DNA of 64,000 bases from Gammaproteobacteria bacterium (GCA_965116495.1 OZ220696.1:2336001-2400000), one strand, 5' to 3'. Positions 40,088-49,802 are shown, numbered from the stretch's first letter. Made by a program: numbers and translations. Notes: generated by a model from the letters alone, not told the origin.

Positions 40088-40348
40088 ATTTACGCATCTA
40101 CTATGTCGACTGCCCAAAGACCGCATACCACAGCAAACCTGATCTGGAACTAATCCTCGAACAACAGTTTCATTTCGGCCTGGAACAACCCCATGAGGTG
40201 GTAAGCTATGGGGAACAGGCTGCTGAATACGTGCAACAAGTACTATCTCGGCCATTCACCATCCATACCAGTTACGCCAACGCGCCGAGGCGTTCTGCTT
40301 CAAATTGGTATTACGCCTTCATCGAAACCCACGATAACCGTGACCTAG

Positions 40349-41965
40349 CAGTCTGTCGGACTTGGGCGCTGCGATTATCTTTGCGGACCACTTTTCAGGT
40401 CTTTTTGTCGCGGCAAGGCGCACGTGCATGTTGCCTGAACCTATACATGTACATTATGGGGATGTACAGACCTCACCAGGCGCCTGTCCTGACCGGGTAA
40501 ACACCCACTGCCCCCTGCATCAGGCCAGCTGCATGTTATGCAGGCGTTTACAGTTGTAGGCCAGGGCCAGTAACTGCCACTCACCGGTCACCTTCTCATG
40601 GCCGCGCAGGAGAAACTGCCGGAACCCCAGGGCCTGCTTCATGATACCGAACACCGGCTCCACGGTCTGCTGCCGCAACCGGTAGCTGGCCCGGTTGTCC
40701 GCCTGTGATAACTTCTCTTGCATCGCCACCAGCCAGGGCGCTTTCGCCGGCTTGGGCTTGGCCGCCTGCGCCGGGTCCGGCAACGGGCGGAAGTCATGCC
40801 GCCGGCGCCGGTCCTCCGTCCCCACCGCCACCAGCACGTCTATCTCCCGACCGGTCAGCGCAGCCACTTCTGTCTCCGTCGCATAGCCGTTGTCCGCCAA
40901 CACCTGGGCAGGGGTCCCCAACGCCGCCGGCACCGAGTCAATGTCAGCGACCAATTCGTTGCGGTCGCTGGCGCATTGGCTGACCCGCGTCCCCAGCACC
41001 AACTGGCTGCCGTCCGCATCCACCACCGCCTGCGCATTGTACGCCTGCCGGTACTCACTGCGTTTGTTCTTGCGCATCAGGGAACTGTCCGCATCCGTCA
41101 GGTTCACCTGGGTGTCCTCCGCCGGGGTGTCTTCCGGCGGCTTGATAGGGTGCCCCTTGGCCCGGCCCCGACGCTTCTCACGCGCCGCCACCTTGCGCTC
41201 GTACTCGGCCTGGTCCGCCTGCGCTTGCGCCTTGGCCTGGCGCTCCAGACGTGCGCAGGCCGCATCCAGTTGCGTCGCCAGCGCCTCCCGCCGCGCCAAC
41301 GCCTTCGGCAACTGCTGCGGGTCCGCCGCGTCCTGGCTGTCCGCACGCTCCGCTTCGGCCAGCAAATCCTTGACCTCACCCCGCAACTGCTCGCGTAATT
41401 CCACCGCCCGGTCATAGCGGATACTGCGCCGCTTGCTCGCAGCCGCCTTCACCTTCGTCCCGTCCACACTCACCCGGCCCACCGTCAACAACTTCAATTC
41501 CTTCGCCAGCAATAACACCTCCACAAAACCCGCCTGTACCGCCTCAAGGTTCTCCCGCCGGAACTTGCAAATCGTGTCATGGTCCGGGTGCGTGTTCGCC
41601 GTCACGTAACGCACCCCGATATCCCGGTACGTCGCTCGCTCAATCCGGCGCGAGGAAAAAATACCGTTCGCATAACAATAAATCAGCAACGCCAGCATGA
41701 TACGCGGGTGATACTGTGCCGACCCCGTGCCCCGGGTGTTCACCACAAACTGACTCAAAGGCACCCGTTCCACCGCTGCCACGACAAAATGCGCCAGGTC
41801 ATCCTCGGGTAGCCACTCGCGTAAATCCGGTGGTAACAGGTAGGGTTGGTTACGGTCACTTTGCACAAAGTTTTCCATCGAAGCAGCCTCTATCGAACAG
41901 CGTGTGGTATCATCAAATCGTGTCGTCTATTATACCTCTATCCCAGCCCTAAGTCCGACAGACTG
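40349..41965 (-). mobile_element. IS1182-family insertion sequence (1617 bp)
   Basis: 15-bp perfect IR CAGTCTGTCGGACTT; CTAG on both flanks (40345-40348, 41966-41969). Confidence 0.92.
40520..41878 (-). CDS. IS1182-family transposase
   Basis: SSRRIER, PDHDTICKFR, VDGTK, NLTDADS, AYNAQ, ADNGY, VEPVFG. Confidence 0.95.
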   Translation of the reverse strand: MENFVQSDRNQPYLLPPDLREWLPEDDLAHFVVAAVERVPLSQFVVNTRGTGSAQYHPRIMLALLIYCYANGIFSSRRIERATYRDIGVRYVTANTHPDHDTICKFRRENLEAVQAGFVEVLLLAKELKLLTVGRVSVDGTKVKAAASKRRSIRYDRAVELREQLRGEVKDLLAEAERADSQDAADPQQLPKALARREALATQLDAACARLERQAKAQAQADQAEYERKVAAREKRRGRAKGHPIKPPEDTPAEDTQVNLTDADSSLMRKNKRSEYRQAYNAQAVVDADGSQLVLGTRVSQCASDRNELVADIDSVPAALGTPAQVLADNGYATETEVAALTGREIDVLVAVGTEDRRRRHDFRPLPDPAQAAKPKPAKAPWLVAMQEKLSQADNRASYRLRQQTVEPVFGIMKQALGFRQFLLRGHEKVTGEWQLLALAYNCKRLHNMQLA

Positions 41966-42745
41966 CTAGGCTATCTCCTTATCGAGCAGGGCCTGGCTAG
42001 AATTCACGGCAAGACACGTCCAAGTCCCAACGGCAAGCCCAGCCATACCGTGTTGGAAGAGTTACAAGACCTGCGCACCGCCGCTCTGCTGAACCGTGCC
42101 GGAATCTGGCAATCAACTCAACCCCAGAGCTTGGCTGAAATGCGTAATCGGCTGCGTAAAGACGCAGAGAAACTGAAAGAATTGCGGAACAACTTAGCGC
42201 AAGTACGCACCCCCGATGATCCGCCGCTCAACCTGAATACCGTATCAAACAAGGAACTCCAGTCAATCCCCGGCATCGGCCCGGTGACCGCCAACAAAAT
42301 CACCGCCGCCAGACCTTACCGGTCCGTTGACGACTTGTTGAATATTCCTGGGATTGGGCCGAAGACCTTAGGGGAGATAACCCCTTACGTTACGATAAAG
42401 GCGGAATAATCAAACAGTTGAATACCTGTCAGCTGATCGTAAAAAGCTATCTGCTTGCATTCCGTTGGTCTTCAGGTATTAATGACTCGTTTGAGAACAA
42501 ACACACTGAATACGGTGACAAAAGACTGGAACAATACCCCTGGTTAAGACCGCGGTGATTTGAATCGCAGTTGAAAAACTCGGAACAGGAGATTATCCTT
42601 TTGCTCTGTAACCAATTTTTGACAGAATTGCATAAAGGCCGACCGGAGCAAAGCAGGGGACGCACAAACGGCTCCGCCAGAATAAGAACGACAACCGGAT
42701 TGCCATGAAAAAATATTTGCTTCACCCCCCCCGAGTGAAAATTCA

Positions 42746-44245
42746 ATGAATTGGCTACGGCGCTTGTTTGGTAAAAAAGAGCCCGAGAAAACAGAGGTAT
42801 TGGAAGCATTTCCAGCTATAGACAAAGCGCAGGTCCGCAATACAGCCCGTCTGGTCGAGCAAGCGGAGACTGACGGGGCAAATGAACACCCGGCATCCAC
42901 ATCAAACGACGAAAGCCTGACGGAACAGACGATTCGCAAAAAGTGTGAGGAACGCCAGCGCGAATATATAAAAAACTATGAAAACCGTCAGCAGAGGAAC
43001 TTATCCAGGCTGTACAACATTCATGAGGCCTGGAGCGTTGATACAGTCCAAAACAAGCTAAAGGAAATGATAAATGATGTTATCGCCGCAGGAAAAGCTG
43101 CTTTCGGACCGATTAATACAAGCGCCAATGACTTGAAATCTCTTGCTGAAGACCTGCGCCACTTCAGGCATGAACACGGATTATTGAACCGAGCGCCAGT
43201 GTATAAGGATGTATGGCATTACAGAATTTTTCTTCTGATTGCGTTTCTGATTGAACTGGTTATCACTGTGTTTCTGTTAAGAGAGAGTGGTGGACTACCA
43301 ATGGTCTTGGTACTGTCTGTCATATATTGCTTCCTTAATTGTTGGGTTCCGATATTGATTGCGAATAAATTTGGCGGGCGGAGTATTAGCTATCGATGGA
43401 CACAACATCCTTATAAAATGCTCATTGGGTGGATAGTTACAATTCTTACAATAATATTCCTTGGCGGCGGGCTAAACTTGTTAATGGGCCACTATCGCTC
43501 TGCAGCGTTAGAGTTGACTACGATAGACTACCAGCAATACGACCTCGAATCCTTGACAGAACTCACTAAGCAGATAGCCACTATCGGTGTCACAGCTTTG
43601 GATAATTTTAGGGGATCACCTTTCGGGATCAATGATGTATGGTCTTGGCTACTAGCTATCGCGGGATATTTCATTTTTCTCCTCGGCTTTCGGGAAGGTT
43701 TTGTAAAAGATGATCGCTACCCGGATTATGGAGAAAAGGCGCGGCGTTATAAAGCACAGCGAGAAAAATATGACGAGGAAATCTCTGAGCTAATTGAGAA
43801 ATTCAAAAAACAACAAAAGTATGGAGTAGACGATATAGAAAATGAAAAACGCAAACTCAGAGATAATTTTGCCCGTGACCCTGAACTCCGCTCCAATATT
43901 CAGGCGTTCCAAGGACAATGTGAACGCGCATGCCAATCCCTTAACAATGATTATCAGGAATTAATAAACCAATATCGGCAGATCAATATGGAAATCAGGA
44001 AAACCTCAGCCCCGATTTATTTCCAACGTGAGCCGCAGTTATCACCAATGAAGATACCTGAATTTGAAATCCCATCTGAAGATACAGCAGACCGAAAGAA
44101 CCTTCTGATTAAGCAGCTAAGCGAGTCCACAAGTATATTGCATAGAAAGTTTGAAGAGTTGATTAACAAAACTAAACCTGCACAAGAAGTTATAAAACTC
44201 GATCCCTTGGGGATCAGAATAACGAATAATCTTTATGAAGAATAA
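42746..44245 (+). CDS. Hypothetical multi-TM protein with N- and C-terminal coiled coils (operon gene 1)
   Basis: 499 aa; about 4 hydrophobic helices; LNLLMGHYR and DDRYPDYG motifs; overlaps the next gene. Confidence 0.85.
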   Translation: MNWLRRLFGKKEPEKTEVLEAFPAIDKAQVRNTARLVEQAETDGANEHPASTSNDESLTEQTIRKKCEERQREYIKNYENRQQRNLSRLYNIHEAWSVDTVQNKLKEMINDVIAAGKAAFGPINTSANDLKSLAEDLRHFRHEHGLLNRAPVYKDVWHYRIFLLIAFLIELVITVFLLRESGGLPMVLVLSVIYCFLNCWVPILIANKFGGRSISYRWTQHPYKMLIGWIVTILTIIFLGGGLNLLMGHYRSAALELTTIDYQQYDLESLTELTKQIATIGVTALDNFRGSPFGINDVWSWLLAIAGYFIFLLGFREGFVKDDRYPDYGEKARRYKAQREKYDEEISELIEKFKKQQKYGVDDIENEKRKLRDNFARDPELRSNIQAFQGQCERACQSLNNDYQELINQYRQINMEIRKTSAPIYFQREPQLSPMKIPEFEIPSEDTADRKNLLIKQLSESTSILHRKFEELINKTKPAQEVIKLDPLGIRITNNLYEE

Positions 44246-44981
44246 AACGTCCTTTGCCAAGATCGCATTTATAGTCCTTTTAATTGTTGTAATTGCTGGA
44301 ATAATAGCATTTTTCCTCATCGAAACGCCAAAACTTCATGGCAAAACAGGTTGTCCGAGAGAAAAGGGACATACTGCCGTTACCCTGTCCATAGTGCTTG
44401 ATGCCACGGAAAATTATGGTGAGACACAGCAACGTTCTATCGTTAACACAGTATGGGACAGTGTCGAGGCACTGGAAGTCTACGACCGTATTAAGATCTA
44501 CACAGTGGAATCAACTGCTCAACCTCCCATATTTCATTTGTGTAAACCAGGAAAGGAACTTCAGGATTCACCCGCACACAGACTTTTGAAAGACGTAAGG
44601 TTCAAAAAATATCTGAACGATGCCTTGGAAAAATTACAAGGAACGAGCGATGAATCTCCAATCATTGCATCTCTGGGCTGGGTCGCTGCTGACCGCGAAC
44701 GGGACGGCTCATCCCAGCACATTTTGTTGGTATCAGACCTGATCGAAAATTTCGATGGTTTCTCGCAATACAGTCCAAGCTGGCCAGCGGTTTACAAAGC
44801 TAACCGTAAACGAATCCACGATCAGTGCCCGATGCTAAATGGCGTCCAAATCAATATCCTTTGGCCTACGCGCCCGGACCAATCCACCCAGGACAACACA
44901 CTGGTTTCTTGGTGGGATGAATATCTGGGGGCCTGCGGCGGTTACGTAAACTCCATTAACAAGATAACCGGCGTAAACTAA
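44235..44981 (+). CDS. Membrane-anchored VWA-like protein (operon gene 2)
   Basis: N-terminal TM; SIVLDATE (MIDAS-like DxT), SPII, ILLVSDLIEN; four Cys. Confidence 0.7.
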   Translation: MKNKTSFAKIAFIVLLIVVIAGIIAFFLIETPKLHGKTGCPREKGHTAVTLSIVLDATENYGETQQRSIVNTVWDSVEALEVYDRIKIYTVESTAQPPIFHLCKPGKELQDSPAHRLLKDVRFKKYLNDALEKLQGTSDESPIIASLGWVAADRERDGSSQHILLVSDLIENFDGFSQYSPSWPAVYKANRKRIHDQCPMLNGVQINILWPTRPDQSTQDNTLVSWWDEYLGACGGYVNSINKITGVN

Positions 44982-44982
44982 A

Positions 44983-46545
44983 TTGTTGAGCAACAAACAG
45001 TTATTCTTCTGGTTCGTTGTTAGCGGTATTGCCCTGTTGCTAGTTCTGCGCCTCGGTTTCGACTCTCCGACATGGCTTACGGTCTTAGTTCTATGCGCTC
45101 TCATCCTCGCTTACACAGGAGCTGCTTGGGCTTACGAACACTTCCAGGACGAACGGGCGGCTGACAACCTTTACTATATGGGTTTCATCTTCACTGTATG
45201 CACGCTCGGAGTATCCCTTATTCGATTTTCCACGCAAGAGAATGTTCTGAACCACATCGTCAGCGACCTTGGTATCGGCCTCTCTACAACGGTGTTGGGT
45301 TTGTTCTTACGAGTGCTGTTTCTTGGACGGGAATCATCAGAACAGATTGAGCATAGAGTACGCGAAGAACTGGTTGACGTGGCTGAGGCCACTATCGCCA
45401 GGATTCGTGTAACGGCGGATATTGTTGAAGAAGGACAAATCGCTACGCGGCAAGCTCTCGAAGAAATGAACACCAGCGTAAAAGCAGCTTCAAATAAACT
45501 GGTGGCGAATACGAATCTATTGGAGAAACGGGTATCGGATATGATCAATATACCGCCTGACCTGCTCAGTTCCCAACTGTCTCCGGCCCTGGATACTGCT
45601 TCTCAGTCAATCACCAGATTTACAAACCAGATAGAAAACATTGAAATCCCGGATGACCTGATTACTTCCCGCACCAACCAGATATTTGCGCGCCTTACCG
45701 AAACAATTGAAGAAGGACAAATCGCTACGCGGCAAGCCATCGACGGAATGAACACCAGCATAAAGGTAGCTACCACTAAATTGGTAGCGAACACAAACCG
45801 CCTGGATGAACGAATATCAGCAGCCATCAACATCCCCCCGGACATGGTCAGTTCCCGGCTCTCGCCAGCCTTGGATAGCGCTTCTCAGTCAATCACCAGA
45901 TTCACAAACCAGATGGAAAACATTGAAATCCCGGATGACCTTATTATTTCTCGCACTAACCAAGCATTTGCGCGCCTTGCGGAATCCATAGGTAAGCTTA
46001 CGGATCAAATATCCGTTGATGTTCACAAGCACATGTCCGGTGTCTTTGACACTGACCAAGCACAAAACCTGATCCAGCAGATAGAAAAATCCCTGATCGA
46101 GCGTTTTCAAACAATCGAAATACCGGCAGAACTCTTGACACAACGAATTGAGCCCGCGTTAGATCAGGTTAACTCAAGTACACGAGTATTCGTTAACCGC
46201 ATGCAAAATCTGTCATCTTCCCTGGAAGACACTCAACAGCAATTGATGAAGTGCAATGGTCATATCGCCACTCTGGATATGGATAATGTCCGTTCTGTTG
46301 TTGATGCGATCGACGCTATTGATTCACTGCTAAAGAATGTACAGGAAACGATTGAAACACAACGCAACCTGTCCTCTGCCCACAATCAGCATCTCTCGGA
46401 TCTATCTAACAGGGCAGAAGCCTTGTCTGCCGTGATCGAAAACAGCTTATCGGGACTAAGCGACTTGAATAACAGTCTTGACGCCCTATGCCAAGACACT
46501 AAGGAGCAAGCGAAGCCCAAGACACGATGGCCTTGGTCGCGATAG
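44983..46545 (+). CDS. MotA/TolQ/ExbB (ZorA)-like membrane protein with long alpha-helical tail (operon gene 3)
   Basis: ADNLYYMGFIFTVCTLGVSL and LGIGLSTTVLGLFLR resemble the MotA/ExbB channel helices; ~385-aa helical tail with a 94-aa duplication. Confidence 0.72.
   Translation: MLSNKQLFFWFVVSGIALLLVLRLGFDSPTWLTVLVLCALILAYTGAAWAYEHFQDERAADNLYYMGFIFTVCTLGVSLIRFSTQENVLNHIVSDLGIGLSTTVLGLFLRVLFLGRESSEQIEHRVREELVDVAEATIARIRVTADIVEEGQIATRQALEEMNTSVKAASNKLVANTNLLEKRVSDMINIPPDLLSSQLSPALDTASQSITRFTNQIENIEIPDDLITSRTNQIFARLTETIEEGQIATRQAIDGMNTSIKVATTKLVANTNRLDERISAAINIPPDMVSSRLSPALDSASQSITRFTNQMENIEIPDDLIISRTNQAFARLAESIGKLTDQISVDVHKHMSGVFDTDQAQNLIQQIEKSLIERFQTIEIPAELLTQRIEPALDQVNSSTRVFVNRMQNLSSSLEDTQQQLMKCNGHIATLDMDNVRSVVDAIDAIDSLLKNVQETIETQRNLSSAHNQHLSDLSNRAEALSAVIENSLSGLSDLNNSLDALCQDTKEQAKPKTRWPWSR
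45427..45990 (+). repeat. 282-bp (94-aa) tandem duplication within the MotA-like gene
   Basis: GAAGAAGGACAAATCGCTACGCGGCAAGC begins at both 45427 and 45709; the protein repeats align without gaps. Confidence 0.92.
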
Positions 46546-46585
46546 TAGGTACAGTCCAGGCCCGCATATACCCACCGTAGTCATC

Positions 46586-47710
46586 ATGCCATTTCCGGAT
46601 ACTCTAAGCGCCGGTCGTCGCGGCTTTCTGATGGGGATCATCCTGGCTGAATTAATGCTCATCACACTATTCGTATTACTCCTGTTCCTGAAAAACTACC
46701 AGCAGACAGAACAAGACCTTGAACAGTTTGGTGGACGAAAGCCATTGTCTGAGGCAGCCAAATTGGGACAGTTAATTTCTGAATCCAAAACGCAGCGCGA
46801 ATTAAGTGATATCTGGACCGTATTAACCCGTGAAGTTGAAAAACAGGCAACCAGTCCTGGACAACTTGATAGTTGGCTGAACGATCTTGAAGAAAAAACA
46901 GAAGAAGCAGAACAAGAAAAATACGACAACGAGAGGTTAAGGGAAAAAGTGGAAGAACTAGAGGACAAACTCACTGAAACCGAAACAGGCCTGGAAAAAG
47001 AAAAAGAACGCTCGTCCAAAGCGGAAGATAAGGTATCCGAACTGACCAAGGAATTGGACAAAGCTCGTAAGGATTTGGATCTGCTTAAAGATGACAGTAA
47101 ATTACAGCAAGAACTTGAAAAACTCAGGGAAGAACTGGCCAAATCCGAAACAAACTTGGAGAAAGCAAAAGAGCGCAACGCCGAATTGGAACAATCAGCT
47201 TCTGAGCAGGCTGAAAAGCTGGCTGAATCTGATAACAAAATGAATATCCTGAAGGATGAAATCGCCAAAACAAAAGCAGGAGGATTGGTATTATGCATGT
47301 TCGAACGTCCCGCCAGCAGCGCAGGTAAATTACGCGGTAAATCCGTTCCTCTTGGCACTATGCACTTAGAAGCGGATGGCATTACACTGATACAAAGAAA
47401 CGAGGAGATACGTGGGATGAGTGTCATCGACTATGTAGGCGACGCTTTCGATACAAGCCGGGTATTGGATCTGTTGTATGATTGGCCGCTTCATACAAAA
47501 CTCTCCTTCGAGGAGTTCGGTCTGAGAGCCAAACCATTCGTGAGGTTGGGCAACCAGGAATCGGAAAAAAGGCAGAACTGCCGGTTCAGCATGAACTATT
47601 ACATTGAGGACTTCAAAACGCCATTTAGTGTTTACAACGACCAATTCCAACAATACTTCCTTCCCCAGACCGATATTTCGAGAGCCGAATTTGAACGCCT
47701 TCGAAGATAA
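46586..47710 (+). CDS. MotB/ZorB-like single-TM protein with coiled-coil stalk and unknown C-terminal domain (operon gene 4)
   Basis: RRGFLMGIILAELMLITLFVLLLFL (acidic residue at the MotB Asp position); long E/K-rich heptads; follows the MotA-like gene; start chosen at in-frame ATG 46586. Confidence 0.68.
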   Translation: MPFPDTLSAGRRGFLMGIILAELMLITLFVLLLFLKNYQQTEQDLEQFGGRKPLSEAAKLGQLISESKTQRELSDIWTVLTREVEKQATSPGQLDSWLNDLEEKTEEAEQEKYDNERLREKVEELEDKLTETETGLEKEKERSSKAEDKVSELTKELDKARKDLDLLKDDSKLQQELEKLREELAKSETNLEKAKERNAELEQSASEQAEKLAESDNKMNILKDEIAKTKAGGLVLCMFERPASSAGKLRGKSVPLGTMHLEADGITLIQRNEEIRGMSVIDYVGDAFDTSRVLDLLYDWPLHTKLSFEEFGLRAKPFVRLGNQESEKRQNCRFSMNYYIEDFKTPFSVYNDQFQQYFLPQTDISRAEFERLRR

Positions 47711-47838
47711 AAAATAGAGTTTGACGGTGCTACATGCAAATTCAACGACAAATGTCTTGACGGATAATCCCTTATGCATAAAATATGACATCAATTAGTG
47801 TATAATATGATGCTTCCACAATATTGACAGGAGGCTGA

Positions 47839-48039
47839 ATGATGCGAACAACTTTGAAAATTGACGACCAACTGTTGGCAAAGGCCCAGCAGATTACTGG
47901 CGTAACTGGCAAGACAGTGCTGGTTCATGAGGGACTTAAAGCCCTGATTGAACGCGAGAGCGCAATGCGGTTGGCTAAGCTGGGAAGTAGCCAGCCGAAC
48001 CTTCAATCCATACCCCGACAACGCAGCAAAGTTGAATGA
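47839..48039 (+). CDS. vapB: VapB antitoxin
   Basis: MRTTLKIDDQLL...KTVLVHEGLKALIERESAMRLAKLG. Confidence 0.9.
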   Translation: MMRTTLKIDDQLLAKAQQITGVTGKTVLVHEGLKALIERESAMRLAKLGSSQPNLQSIPRQRSKVE

Positions 48040-48389
48040 TACTGGTAGACACGTCGGTCTGGATTAATCACCTGAGATCAGGTAGCCGAGATCTGGAATT
48101 ACTGCTCAATAACAATCAGGTATTGATGCACCCGTTTGTGCTGGGTGAATTAGCCTGTGGTAACCTTGAGCGACGTACCGAGGTGCTGTCCTTGATCGGT
48201 AGTTTGCCTCCAGCCCCGGTTGCTACTGATGACGAGGCTTTGTTTTTCATTGACCAACACAGACTGATGGGGAAAGGTATTGGCTATATAGATGCCCACT
48301 TGCTGGCCTCCGTGTCTCTGGCCAAACCGGCGTCACTGCTGACCCACGACAAACGACTTGGGAGGATAGCCGCTGAACTGGCATTTTGA
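48036..48389 (+). CDS. vapC: VapC PIN-domain toxin
   Basis: MILVDTSVWI, HPFVLGELACG, GIGYIDAHLLAS, THDKRL. Confidence 0.9.
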   Translation: MILVDTSVWINHLRSGSRDLELLLNNNQVLMHPFVLGELACGNLERRTEVLSLIGSLPPAPVATDDEALFFIDQHRLMGKGIGYIDAHLLASVSLAKPASLLTHDKRLGRIAAELAF

Positions 48390-48397
48390 AAATCATT

Positions 48398-49381
48398 ATG
48401 AAACACATAGAAATTGCGGAATTCGGCGACCCTGACGTGTTACAGATCACGGAAGGGGAAGCGCCCTCCCCGGACGAAAACCAGGTATTGATCAAGGTTG
48501 CCGCGGCCGGCATTAATCGTCCGGACGTGATGCAGCGGCAGGGCAAATATCCACCGCCTCCCGGCGCGTCCGCTATCCCCGGGCTTGAAATAGCAGGCGA
48601 GGTGATCGAAGCCGGCGCTGATGCCGGCTGGCCGCGTCCGGGCGACCAGGTCTGCGCATTGGTCCCCGGTGGAGGTTATGCTGAATATGCCGTCGCCGAT
48701 GCTCCAATCTGCCTGCCGGTCCCCGCCGGGTTGACGGTTGTTGAAGCCGCCGCCTTGCCCGAAACCTTCTTTACCGTGTGGAGTAACCTGTTCGACCGGG
48801 CCGGGCTGAAGCAGGGAGAGACGGTACTGGTACACGGCGGCAGCAGCGGTATCGGCACAACCGCCATCCAGTTGGCAAAAGCGTTCGGAGCGACCGTGTT
48901 CACCACGGCCGGTAACGAAGAAAAGTGCTGGGTTTGCCGGGAACTGGGCGCTGACCTCGCTATCAATTACAACGAGGAAGACTTTGTCGAGACATGCATG
49001 AACGCGACCGGCGGCAAGGGCGTGGATGTCATACTGGATATGGTAGCCGGTGACTATACCAACCGGAATATTGCCGTTGCAGCCGTGGAAGCCAGGTATG
49101 TCTTTATTGCGGGCCTCAGGGGCTTTTCAGCGGAGGTGTCCATCCGCTCCATCATGTTAAAACGCCTGGTCCTGACCGGGTCCACGCTGCGGCCGAGACC
49201 GGTCGGGTTCAAGGCCGCAATCGCAGCCGGGTTGAGGGAGCAGGTCTGGCCACTGCTGGAATCCGGCCGGGTTAAACCGGTCATTCACACGGTGCTGCCG
49301 TTGAGCAAGGCCAATGAAGGCCACAGGTTGATGGAATCAAGCCGGCACATCGGAAAAATCATGCTGGAAGTGCCTGGATAA
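48398..49381 (+). CDS. NAD(P)H-quinone oxidoreductase (PIG3/MDR family)
   Basis: GINRPDVMQRQGKYPPP, LPETFFTVW, HGGSSGIGT, GSTLRPR. Confidence 0.93.
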   Translation: MKHIEIAEFGDPDVLQITEGEAPSPDENQVLIKVAAAGINRPDVMQRQGKYPPPPGASAIPGLEIAGEVIEAGADAGWPRPGDQVCALVPGGGYAEYAVADAPICLPVPAGLTVVEAAALPETFFTVWSNLFDRAGLKQGETVLVHGGSSGIGTTAIQLAKAFGATVFTTAGNEEKCWVCRELGADLAINYNEEDFVETCMNATGGKGVDVILDMVAGDYTNRNIAVAAVEARYVFIAGLRGFSAEVSIRSIMLKRLVLTGSTLRPRPVGFKAAIAAGLREQVWPLLESGRVKPVIHTVLPLSKANEGHRLMESSRHIGKIMLEVPG

Positions 49382-49481
49382 ACAAAAATATTAAATTAAT
49401 CGTTCAAGGAACGCGCCGACTTCTCTATAATACGCCCCTACCCAAAGCCGAATACAAAATAACACGTCTGGAGTTCAGGAA

Positions 49482-49802
49482 ATGCCGAAAGTTACCTATA
49501 TCGCATTCGATGGTGAAGAAACGATAGTAGACGCCAAAGAAGGTATGAGCGTTATGCAATCCGCCGTTAATAACGGGGTGGATGGTATCGTTGCCGAATG
49601 CGGCGGCGCGTGCAGTTGCGCCACCTGTCATGTATATGTTGATGAGGGATGGCTCGACAAGCTGCCTGAAGCGCACTCAATGGAGAAGGAAATGCTGGAC
49701 TTTGTCATGAGTCCGGAACCGACCAGCCGGCTGAGTTGCCAGATCAAGGTGACCGCAGAACTGGACGGCTTGGTTGTGAATACGCCGGAATCGCAGTATT
49801 GA
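49482..49802 (+). CDS. Putidaredoxin/adrenodoxin-type [2Fe-2S] ferredoxin
   Basis: [22 protein letters not shown]. Confidence 0.94.
   Translation: MPKVTYIAFDGEETIVDAKEGMSVMQSAVNNGVDGIVAECGGACSCATCHVYVDEGWLDKLPEAHSMEKEMLDFVMSPEPTSRLSCQIKVTAELDGLVVNTPESQY

Larger units (their letters stand above)
38591..42409 (+). pseudogene. Thermonuclease (SNase)-ComEA HhH fusion lipoprotein split into three pieces by two IS
   Basis: Joining 38591-38756, 40097-40348 and 41970-42409 restores one frame: LLLAGC...NDGDSF...LRIYYVDCPKT...DLGYLLIEQGLAR...LQSIPGIGPVTA...IPGIGPKT. Confidence 0.88.

Noticed and set aside
42746-47710. Canonical Zorya I/II/III, flagellar MotAB or ExbBD/TolQR call
   Set aside because: No ZorC/D/E/F/G-like, TonB/TolA or flagellar genes recognised, and no OmpA motif in the MotB-like protein
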